Assembly (NCBI GenBank): GCA_910592345.1
Contig: CAJVPI010000085.1
Coordinates: 1 to 58,228, forward strand
Source: Paraglomus brasilianum
Lineage: Eukaryota
Length of the DNA: 58,228 nucleotides
Direction: 5' to 3'
Shown: in pieces, positions 14,463-25,623 of the stretch
Layout of the letters: every line of letters begins with the position of its first letter
Position numbering within the stretch: position 1 is the stretch's first letter
Program-made: the position numbers and the translations under genes
The notes under the pieces: model-generated
Database searches by the model: none
What the model was told of the DNA's origin: nothing
Seen by the model: only the letters and a program-made list of their open reading frames with translations

Positions 14463-15584
14463 CACTACCTGCTTGCACATTAATTACACATAATAATGAT
14501 ATCTCAAATTTTAACACCGGTTTTAAAAAACGCGTGTGCATCAGAATATATAAATAAATTCGCAAGCCTTCATTGATCCAAAAATGTACCCCTTAACCGA
14601 AAGTCAGCGAGGTGAAATTATTGGCCCTTAAAATAAACAATCAATACAAAAATTAGTAAAATGCTCAAGTTCAGAGAACAACCGACTCTTGCATTATTGG
14701 GAAGTACCTTAACGGAGATAAGCCTTTCTACTCTTCCCCGATCCGGGCGTCCTAAATTATTGACTAACGGAAGTCAAAAATCCTAAAGACTATCGTTAAA
14801 AAATAACAACAAGAAGTCAGCTGAACAAATTAGAAACAAATTTGTTGAAAAAGCTAATATCAAAGTTTCCACAAAAACTAATAGAAGAAATTTGCATGAA
14901 ATGCAGATTTTGTTCTCGTATACCAGCCCACAACCTCTCCTAAGTGATCAGCAAAGAGAACAATGCCTGGGCACTGAAAGACTGTTCGAAAATAGTGATC
15001 TGTCATATGGAGTGACGAGAGCAGATTTACAATATTTAAAAACGATGGTCCAAGCCGTGTTTGGAGAACTCCTGGAACCAGATTTAATATTGAGAATATG
15101 ATTCCAATAGTAAAATTTGGAGGTGGAGGATTAATGATGTGGGGATGCTTTTCTGGTAAAGGAGTGGGCCATTAGTAAAGCAGAAGGTAAAATGAAGATG
15201 ACAATGTTCCAGTCCATACTGCTGCTGAAGATGTTAAGCAATGGATTTCAACTAACAAAATCAAATCTTGCCAGATTGACCAAGTCAGTCTCCTGACTTA
15301 AATCCAATTGGTCTGAGTTAGAAAAAAGAATAAGAAGCAGACCACAGGCAATAAAAAAAGTTGCAGAATTAGAGACGGCATGACAGGAAGAATGGGGCAA
15401 AATTTCACAACGTCAAGTAAGGGCTTTGATAGAAAGTATGCCGCGGAGAATCAAAGCAGTTATAGTGAACAACGGGTGGCCAACATAATATGTAGTTACT
15501 TCATTGGTTATAGTATGTTATGTTAAAATTTGAGATATTATTATTTTGTGTAATTTTGTGTGCAAGACTTTTGTTCAGGTAGTG
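14463..15584 (+). mobile_element. Near-full-length decayed Tc1/mariner transposon with ~55-65 bp TIRs and TA flanks
   Basis: The left end TA|cactacctg-cttgcaca...atatctcaaattttaaca matches the reverse complement of the right end tgttaaaatttgagatat...tgcaagacttttgttcaggtagtg|TA, apart from a 9-bp deletion on the left. Frameshifted transposase motifs: PLTESQRGEIIG, PRSGRPKLL, WSDES, GGGLMMWGCF, SQSPDLNPI. Confidence 0.9.
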
Positions 15585-16594
15585 TATATATGTTTTTTGT
15601 TTCTCGGAAAGAGGATGTTCACATTGGTATATGTCTCGTAATTTCCAATTTTTCTACACTGTAAAATGCGTACCAAAGTTTCTCGATATCGTGAACTCAA
15701 TGAAGCTTGGACACATGTCTCATTTATCGAAAGAGGAATCCAATGGCAGGAGAAAGCAGCACAGTGATGAATCCTTTTAAGACACAAAGTTGATAGATAT
15801 CGAAAAAAAATAGATATAAAATAATTCGTTAGATCATTATTATTACATGAAATCACACAACCTTTTGTATTGTGCGAATTCTGACTAACATCACCTTTCC
15901 AAGTATTCCAGTTTTATCAACGTTACCGGTTAGGCCTCTATTACGCAATCGATCTGATGGACAATGTGACTGTTTCAAAACAAAAATATCAAACCCGTAG
16001 TTTTAATAAGAAATATCAATTCTTATCCTATTGGATGCTCAGATATGCTTCCAAGGCACCTGTGATTTTCAGCGGTGATCCAGGCTAATTTCTTACAATT
16101 TCTCGACATAATTGTTTGGTTTTATATTTATACCAGGTACCACTTTTCATACCAAGAGATGCTTGCCATAATTGCAACGTCATAATAATAATAATTGATT
16201 ATTTTTATACTTGGTTGAAAGGCATTGTCTATGCAAAATGGACCAACGAAAAAGAATCAATAACTTTTTTTTAATAATAACTGTTTATCAATGGCTATTT
16301 TGCTATATTAAAATGGGTTTCTTTTACTGCATAAATTTGACAATCTTATATCAGACAAATCTTAAATGTTTAAATGCTTTTTAATGGCTTTTTTAATATT
16401 TAGATAATTATATTAAATGAGATTTTAGATTTAACAATTTAATTTAACAATGTTTTTAGATTGTTTATTTGATTTTTAGAAAGCATAATCAAAGAGTTTG
16501 ACGTCTTAAAATTTGATAGTACGTGTATTTAGTAATTTGTTGTTATTTGATAAGTTAAAAAACTATTACTGAGAAAATTAAGAATTTAGATATA

Positions 16595-17103
16595 CAGTGT
16601 GTCACGAAAAAAAGGAAAAAAACTATTGATTGCTGTGCTACAACGGTTAGAGTAATGAATAAGCTTTATACTTTATTTAATAACTTATGAGCAGAGGTTT
16701 TATTGTCATAAATTAATAGAGTATTTCTTCACAAATATTTTCCATAATTAGCTTACGTTTCTGTTTTATCGATTTTACTAAATTAATTAACATTTTATCA
16801 GAAATAGAATTTCATTCTTCGACTATAACCGTCCTAATTTCCCACAATTTTTGAGCATACTTTCCTACGTTATGTTGGCCAATTAGTATAAATTTTCTAT
16901 AGGATTTAAGACTGGACTATTGACAGGCCACTAAGCAATGTGTAGTAATCGAATTTGACAGCAAAAGGCTAGGGTTTGAGCAAAAGAAAGCTTTAAGCTT
17001 GTTTGACAGTTTAAAAACAACCGTAAGTGTTTACATTAAAATATAATTTATATTGCATAAAATATACGCTTCTATTTTTTGCCATTTTTTGCGTGATACA
17101 TTC
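16595..17103 (-). mobile_element. Internally deleted Tc1/mariner remnant
   Basis: Imperfect TIRs: TA|cagtgtgtcacgaaaaa and ttttttgcgtgatacattc|TA. The minus strand near 16890-16930 encodes WPVNSPVLNPIENL (Tc1 WPxxSPDLNPIE motif). A similar end sequence recurs at 56919. Confidence 0.65.
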
Positions 17104-18926
17104 TACGTGCCGCTCCTGATACTGGCACAGAAAAAGGTTTGTTTTTTTACCTCTACTCCAGAACCAAGTCGATAACCAAAGGCAGGAACCAAAATACACA
17201 AAAATTGTGATTATGAACAAATATAATAAATTTTATAATCGCTTTCACACAGTGATATGCAGGAAGATAATCCTCACGTGTTTATACAAATGGTAATTCT
17301 AAAATTGGTATTGACCTTCGTTGACTTGTATCCCTAATTTAGGTCTCATAGTATAAATTATATTGTTCCGTCTATCAGGTAACTTCAGCTTCACGCACTG
17401 GAATTGTTATAATCTTGCTTATTCTGGTATGCATTGTGAGGGATAGATAGAGAAGCGCTGCTCATTATGCATTAAACTAGGCGATTGCGCGTAAATCAGT
17501 TACTATACGGATAATACACGATAAAACTACCAATTAAATAGTATTAAAAGCATCCCGGGATGCTAACAGAATAATGCTTAAGGTGATTGGTGTCAGAAAA
17601 TCGGAAAGCTTTATAGCGGAGGAGTAAAAACGTATTCCTGAAAACACTCATAATTAGAGTGAATTTCTTAATATTATTAATATGATTTATCTTTCAAATA
17701 AAGTCTTGTTTATGAAAATTTGTTAGTTGAATCGTTGAGGAGTACTGGCAAAATTAAAATATCTGGTTTTTTTGTTACACACTGCATCCGTTTCGAGAAC
17801 TTCAAACTTTTGACCTTGACGTCTTTCGTGCTGTCTATAGTTTGTTCGACCATCACATTTTGGAAATAAGTCTTGTCACATGTTAATATTATTATAACAC
17901 ATGTTAATATACGGTTCAAATATAGATATGCATAAAACCATGCAGCAAATTCAGGTCCAGCATGACTTTCTCTATATGCACATTTGTGATATCCATGCTA
18001 AAAAGAGAGCAATTACTACCCAAAAGGTTAGTCAATTGTATTAACCCGGCTTTCCTGGTAAAAATCCCAATTTCTTTACTAGCTATTTTTTCTAATGTCG
18101 GTGCGTAATACGTACGATTGGTACATGAGTATTACCGTATATCTTTGTATCTCCCAACACTAAGGCGAATGTACGAAAAACTTTTTCTTCCATAACACAG
18201 TCATCTGGCTTAACCTTTTTTTACTTGGAACGAAACCAGGACGGATTTTTACTGGACATCCAAGTTCATATTAATGGTGACACTGAATAACATTGGCAGA
18301 ACCGTTCTGAAGAATACCACATGTTTGTAGTTGAAGCATGTTGGATAACTGATAAAAAGTTTCATACACACAATTAATTGTTACTTTGTTGACAATGTTT
18401 GAGGAGACTAAAAAAAAAGTAGGCGGGAATAGCCGACGATTTTGGTGATGCTGAACGTTTCACAAGAGCGATAGGAGAAAATTCGACATAAATAAAAAAG
18501 CATACATGCAGGGGCGACTGCTTCTTTGTTGAGTTTTACTCTCTGGCACCGCAGTTAGTGAATTATATAACCAACTCGGATACAAGCAAGCCCACCACAA
18601 ATATCTTGTATCCAAGTAAACAGATCTAAATTTGGAGATCGGATGCTTATTCTGCTTCCTTGCCTAAGTATGTAATCATGAAGTTTCTGATATATCGATA
18701 TGGTAACACATTACATAGCGGCAATTAACTTCATTTGCAGTATTTGCCGAGGGCAAGGTGACACCGATTCAACCCCAGGGTAGTCATAATTAAAATCTCT
18801 GTTTTCTCCATTCCATTGGTTTATTGATTTTATTGATGAGTACAAGGATCACCACGAATAACCTTAAATGTCCTGCCAATTTGTCGCTAGCATTGCATCT
18901 TTATCCGCTTCCTCTCTCCCCTCCCA

Positions 18927-19733
18927 ATGATGTCAACATTCCTTACACCCCGACATTCTTTATTTCCTTTCGAAGTCATAAGTATCATTGTCGAAAATCT
19001 GTCCGACGACTTGGCGACTCTGCACAGTTGTATGCTAACCAACAGACAATGGTTTAACGCATCCGTCGCTGTTGTCTATCGTGCCCCGTACAGTCCTTCA
19101 AACGACTATAATACGGGTCCGGTTGAGGTTTATCTGACGAGTTTGTTACAAGAAGATAAAGAAACCCTTGTTGCTCACGGAATTCACCTGCCCGCCTCAA
19201 AGTTGACAGTGGATTACGTCTCCTTCACTAGGGAAATTGTCGATTCAGTGTTGTATAAGAGGCTAGAAGAGTGGCTGTGTAATGAAGATATGTCTGAACA
19301 TACGGATTTGCTATTCTCACGGATGATGAACATGTTTGTGAGAAAATGTAGATTGAGAAGCCTTAATACTTGTATGTATCAGAAGAAAATCAATGTTGAG
19401 AGCCCGTCAGACTGGTTATCTGATGTTGCACGTTATCAACATGATCTCAACAAACTCTCGGTGAAGTTACTATGCGCAAGTCCAAAGGAACAAAACGACA
19501 TGAACGACAAAGTTGCATCAATCATCAAGAAGCAAAAGTCATTAAGAGAATTTTCTTTATTTGCTTTCGGTCCTTGTGTGAATCCAATTATGGATGCATT
19601 GAAACAACATAGCAGAACGCTCGAGAAGGTCCAACTAGGTGGATGTACCGTCTTGGAATACTCTGTATCTGAGTTCCTTAATACATTCAAGAATATTAAG
19701 AAAACAATTCATTCGCTATTGCTATGGAATTAG
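18927..19733 (+). CDS. Intronless F-box-like protein with degenerate LRR-like C-terminus
   Basis: N-terminal FPFEVISIIVENLSDDLATLHSCMLTNRQWFNASVAVVYRAP is an F-box-like pattern, followed by DYVSFTREI and LxxLxL segments. Confidence 0.75.
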   Translation: MMSTFLTPRHSLFPFEVISIIVENLSDDLATLHSCMLTNRQWFNASVAVVYRAPYSPSNDYNTGPVEVYLTSLLQEDKETLVAHGIHLPASKLTVDYVSFTREIVDSVLYKRLEEWLCNEDMSEHTDLLFSRMMNMFVRKCRLRSLNTCMYQKKINVESPSDWLSDVARYQHDLNKLSVKLLCASPKEQNDMNDKVASIIKKQKSLREFSLFAFGPCVNPIMDALKQHSRTLEKVQLGGCTVLEYSVSEFLNTFKNIKKTIHSLLLWN

Positions 19734-20221
19734 CGAAAAACGATGAGTTGAACAAACTTGATATCCGATTATAGAATTGGGCGGATTGTTGTCGTATTAC
19801 ACATTCTTACCTTCCTTCTCTGGACTCTTTGTTAGAAGACATAAGTTTAGAGTTTTTGATTCATGGGTCTTAGAGAGGTTACAATTCCTATATTTTTGTT
19901 TGACAATAAATGCAATGCAAAAATACAGTGACAGCTTTATAGAATTATTAGAAACAGCTACCTCTATCATTCTTGTTTCAACTGAACTATACAAAATGGC
20001 TATAATTGATTCTGAAGCCTGTGTTCGCTGTTCAACACGTAGACAAGTTTTCAACCCGAGAATTGTGCGAATGAAATATTGACCAGGCCAGTCTGCAACA
20101 ACAGAAATCACGTACTAATTTACTTTCGACGAAATCAAAAAGGATAGAGTTACGTAATTCCTTTCCGTGGTTTATCTGAGTTTTTTGTTTCTTCTTCGCA
20201 AACCCCCCCATGAGTAATTGA

Positions 20222-20354
20222 AGAAAGAAAAGCAAGATTCTTCCGGTGGCCCGTGTGATGTATTGTTGTAATAGGCCTGTATTGTGATATAATTGAAGAA
20301 TTTGTAGAAAGAAAAGCAAGATTCTTCCGGTGGCCCGTGTAGTGTATTGTTGTA
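20222..20354. repeat. 49-bp near-perfect direct repeat, copies offset by 84 bp
   Basis: agaaagaaaagcaagattcttccggtggcccgtgt(ga/ag)tgtattgttgta occurs at 20222-20270 and 20306-20354. Confidence 0.9.
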
Positions 20355-21169
20355 TCGAAGGCGCAAATCCATTCGATTCTACGTTACTTTTGTTATCATA
20401 GGCCTGTATTGAAGGATTTATAGAGTTTCGCGGTGCGAAGCAAGGTGTTCTATTTGCCAATAGCTTCTTTCTGATAATGTTCATTAGCACCGTCTGCGTC
20501 GAGTCGAAGTTTACACGTATGCCGAGAGGCCGCCGCTCTAAGTCCGGATACTCGCGACATGACGAGACAGGGGGCCGGATGTGTGAATTCGGGATAATTT
20601 GTTGAATCGCCTATCAAGATGTTTTGCGATTAATTCGCTGTCCACACTTTCGGATTGAGTGCTCCATCGCGTGGTATTGCTGGCATCAGACATGGGATTG
20701 GTAATATTGTTGCAACATGTGCTGTCCAGTGGTGTCAGGTCACCGCTGAACATGAATGTTATGATACACCCTTGTCGTTAGGTTGTGAGTCGTTAAGTTG
20801 AGGGACAGCGTTAGGTTGAGAGTGTTCTTCGCCGCTGGGCGAGAAGGACAGTCCTCGCGCCGCTAGCGTGAAGGACAATCGTCCTATATGCACTTTATTA
20901 TTCTGTCGTTGTCATCAGAAAGTCAACCAAAGTGCCTTCAGTGATTGTCGCATTTCACACAAAACAATACACTCCTCTCACATTACCTTACTAAGCATTT
21001 CACTCCGACTAACGGACGGAATCTATGGCTTTACATTCTCTTCTTTGCAGACATTTTGGTAAATAAGCGACTTGAGAGCGTCTCTTATATTTTCAATGAA
21101 TTGTGTCACGTATTTCCTTATATAGGTACGTAATCAAAATTTCCTGGATGGGAAGGTAATTTTCGAATT

Positions 21170-22200
21170 ATGATGTATCCAAGTCCTATGAAAACAGTGC
21201 TTGCGCTATATCTGGAAAGTCGAGAACTACAAGAATGGTCTTACAACGGATTTCTGACAGAATACTGTAAACCCGCTCTCCCCCCGTAGTTGGCAGATAT
21301 TAAAAATGATAAATCAGAAAAGAACATTCTTTTTCTTTCTTCTCCACACGATCATTATTGCCGTAAGTGATCAACGATGATAACTCCAATTCAATGTCCT
21401 AGAGCATTCAGTTCCTACTGAGGTCGGCATTGGTTGCATAATAGTTTGGTTTTACTACCTTCCCAAAGCCCACCAATAGCTCTGCAAAGGAATTAAGGCT
21501 TCGTAAACTCGTGTCCAGCACGAATCACATTTGAATCCATCAGTCAGCAATCTTTTAGAAGCAGTTTCAATGGTAGATTTAGGGCTTCAACAACTAGGAC
21601 AAGAGGTTGGTTCGTTTGGCATCTGTTACTATGGTCTTTGTGAAGACTTCGAAGAGTATCGGCACGCGCAAAATTTATAAACCGTTGATGTACATGACAA
21701 AGATACGATATGTGTTGGAAGGTGCATACAAGACATGTGAGTATTGATAGTGACCAGCAGGATAAGTCGTTGCGCTCAAATTCAAAACGACCCTGGACTT
21801 TTTATTCTTGGTGAGCTTTGTTGAATCGACAGTCCTAACTTAGATTTCATCTATCAGTGTGGAAATAGAGAGCTTGGGGTAGGAGAGAACACCGGCCCTT
21901 GTCATACTTGTTGCACTGTATCATAAACGACTTTTGAATCGCCACTTTGACAACAGCAATACACCGAGCCATTCTTATTATGATCCACTGGACACCAAGA
22001 TAAAGTGGTGACTGATTTTGTTGACTTGGTAAGAAGTTGCTCGAGCGGAACATATAGAGTTGAGCGCTATCGGAGTTACGCAAGGAATATACGCCATCCC
22101 TCGCGTAATAACATAAAAATTATCAAAATTCAGACAAGAACGTATATACGAAATTATGATAAAGCTCTCCAATTTCCCGAAAGTGGGGTGTGATTGTAGT
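21170..22200 (+). pseudogene. Decayed gene fragment, possibly CRN/restriction-endonuclease-like effector family
   Basis: Protein-like pieces in shifting frames with stops: LALYLESRELQEWSYNGFLTEYC and LDFIYQCGNRELGVGENTGP (a D...E-x-G-x-G-E pattern like PD-(D/E)XK folds). The family assignment is inference. Confidence 0.3.
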
Positions 22201-23697
22201 TGTTTGGCTAAGCTGCCCAAAGAAAATTTTGGGAAGATTTCTCTTAAAAAAGATATTTTCTTAATGGCCCAACTCAGGTCTATGGATGGGGGGAGTGATC
22301 AGTGCTAGTCAACGTCTAAAGAACAAGACTCGCGTCAAAAAGAGCACTGCCTACTGCTGAAATTATTTATCAAAAAACTGCCTCAATATGCTTGGCACTG
22401 GCTGTAAAATATCAGAAATCACTTGCTCAAGAATGGTCTTCTATCAGTCAAAAAGAATGCCGCAGTGATGTTAATCGCAGTGACCCAATCGAAACTAACT
22501 TTCCACTTTCGCTAATCTTTAATCCTACATTATAGGGAGTGTTAAAAAACCAGAACTAGAATTAAGTGAATAGACTGCCCACAATTTCGAGTTGAAATCA
22601 GTTAAGCAAGAAAAAAACAAATGAAAGACTTGGATACCAAGTTCTTTTTTAAAAATAATCGAAAGTAATTTAAATAAAAATACAATGGCAGCGGAAATGA
22701 TCTACGAGTCCATTCACCGTGATTTTTGGCCGTCTGGAAGAAGCAAATTGCGTGCATTTCGCAAATTATGACATCATACATGTCCTCGGGAAGATGTCAT
22801 ATCACATTACGTAAGACAGAAATTATAAAGCAGACCCGTCGGGGTCATATTACCTGTACTACTTGAAATGTTCGGTCTACTTGCCCGTCGTGGATTGTTC
22901 CTGATTATTAAACCCTGTTGTCGCCTCCTTTCTGCAAGAAATCGATCATTTAACTATGAACTTTCATAACGCAATCATATGATGAGTGTTTCATTAGCAC
23001 AGTTACCGTATTATACGATTTTATTGCCAAGCTACGCATGTTTATTATACATACCCATCAAATAGTAAAATATTTATTTTCGGAAGTCCGCATTTACTAT
23101 ATTTACTATGCAACTAACAATGATTTTGGTATAGTTTGATTGTACTTGTTGAAATAGTGGAAGTACATTATTTCTATAAAGTCATAGTTGCAGTGTATGT
23201 GTGTAACCTATCTATATAGCGTCGTCGCTGTCAATTAATCAACTGCTTCCGAAAATAAATATTTTTACTATTTGATGACAGGGATTTGTAAAAATGAGTT
23301 CCCCTTCTTTATTGAACCTCTGTTGAATATGTCGTATGGAAGTTCGACAATACTGAAACAAAAGAACTAAACTAATTAAGTTGTATTGTCTAATAAGAAA
23401 TACGCATAATACTATCAAACTGGTAATTATGTCAGTATAATGCACGTATGAAACCACTGGACTATGCACTGGGGTATGTGCGTGTAACTACCCAGTTTAC
23501 CATATTAACGATACACCCCTGCAATTGTCTATTATTGTCTTTGAAAACACTTTCCAAAAGTGGGAATTGATTTTCAAACAAAATGGACGCCTTCTCGCAA
23601 CAGCTTGTTATTATCCGATCCTATTGATATATCCTCGCCTTTGCCACAGCAAACATAGTTTAAAACTTGTCGTTGCCCTTACCATCAAAAAAGTTGA

Positions 23698-23718
23698 TAA
23701 TAATAATAATAATAATAA
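23698..23718. repeat. (TAA/AAT)n microsatellite
   Basis: Run taataataataataataataa read directly. Confidence 0.85.
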
Positions 23719-23936
23719 TTTGGATTGGTAATTTTGTGTGACTTGTCTTGCGTTATACGATAGACACTTATTTCCCTTTGATTGGCTAACGGATTTCCAA
23801 CATATTTGATATAGCCGACGTTCCTTTGAATACAACCACGGAACGAAAAGTGGGAAAGACGATTGCGAGCTAGACTCCAATTATTCCTACAACAAAAATA
23901 TATTATATTTGTACAGCTCTTTCTTTCTACTTCAAA

Positions 23937-24971
23937 ATGACTGGACAATCTTCCCCACCATCATATACGCCGTATCCCAAACCACCATCCTATACTCCCA
24001 CAACCCACGAACTCACAGAAGTTCCTCCAACAATAACAGTTCCAGCGCAAGCTCACACTAACGATTTGTATGACGATTCTCCACCACCGTACCATGAGAT
24101 CGTAAACGGTCAGAGCTCTGGCAATGACGAAGAAAGTGGTATTAACATGGTCGAAAGTGAACAGGAGAGATCTAAAAAGTCTTGGACAGTATTTATTAAG
24201 ATAGGCTATGCTTTGTTCATGCTTGTGAATAGTTTTATAATAATCGATGGGTTTATATTGTTAAAATATATTGGATCGAAGGTAAGAAGCGGCAAGCGTT
24301 TGGTTGGGGAAGAGAACTTATCTGTAGCCGACAGTCGAGCAGTGAAACGCTTGTATAGTTAGAATCGGATACAATAAATTACTTTTAATATATTTAACGG
24401 ATCTTTGCATTTAATACAGAAAGAGGGACATTTCGATGAAGCGGAATTAGCATTGCGCACAATGATGGTTATAGAGATCTTCCTTCGAGTTCCATCAATA
24501 TTGTATCTGCGAAGATTGGATTCGGCCGACTTTGGATTTATAACAGGACTTGCTACATTTGTTGGTAAATATTTACAATCACTTTTTTCAACCCGTGAAT
24601 CTTTCTTTTCTCGAACACGGCCTCATTCCCTGCTTAATACAATCCTATATTGCTGATTTTGGTTACTCTTTGTGATCTTTATTGTTCTATATCTGACATC
24701 TCCGATTCTCTTAATAGGCAAAGAAGACTATTATTTGCTTTGCTATAACCCACGATCCAACACGCTGCTTTACAGGAAACTCTTTCAAATGCAAATAATT
24801 TATTGGGCCTACAATCTAACCGGCGGATTCGTTATCTGGCTAACATGTTTATTCGAATTGGTCGAAGGTTCGATAAGGCCGTTTGTGTATGCGGGAAGCG
24901 CGATATGTCTAGCTAATTCTCTGAGATTAGTGATCGTCGGATGTTACAAGTTTTTCCGAAAACAATTGTAG
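23937..24971 (+). CDS. Uncharacterised multi-pass membrane protein with N-terminal PPxY motifs, 3 exons (23937-24281, 24420-24564, 24718-24971)
   Basis: GT-AG introns of phase 0 and 1 give one open frame. PPSY (twice) and PPPY lie in the N-terminal tail, followed by several hydrophobic helices. Confidence 0.8.
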
Positions 24972-25623
24972 GCGGAAGAGCATGAGACGGGTAGCATAGA
25001 AATTTAAGAATACTGTATATTCTTTGCGAGACTCGAGATTCGTAAAACATGAGATTTCGCAAACGACACTTTACAAGACGAGCATGATAGTGGCTTCCAG
25101 CCAAAGATGTACAGCATAACCAACTATTGTGCGATTAAGCGTGATACTTTTTATATTAGACTCTCCTGTTATATATACTTATATTATTAAAGCAATATTT
25201 GTACGTTACGAATATGATGGTGGCTTGTAGTCTCAACATTGTTCTTCTACGTCCTTTATATGTATGGATCAAGAGTTTAAAGATGTAGATGCAACGAATA
25301 TTCTCTCGTTTAGAAGAAGATGGCCTTGTGTAATAATTAATACAAAGAACATTCTACCAAGAACAAAATTAATAGTATCATAATAATGACATCGTAATAG
25401 TAACAAAACGCAGTTGTTTTGTAGCGTAAACTCTGGTCATTTGTAGTTGTCTCTGTGCATAAATAAAAATAATGTTTTCACGCATAAATGCAGGATTAGG
25501 AACTTTGCCTTTCTACCTATGACATCATCCAGTAATAGCGGACACCTGTATCACCATCACAAATATATGCTACATCGACAGAGTTTAAACTTCCATCAAA
25601 TGCTAGATCGTCTTTTTTGAACC

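Noticed and set aside
17700..18400. Minus-strand protein-like fragments (VYETFYQLSNMLQLQTCG..., GPEFAAWFYAYLYLNRIL)
   Set aside because: Interrupted by stops and frameshifts, with no recognisable family.
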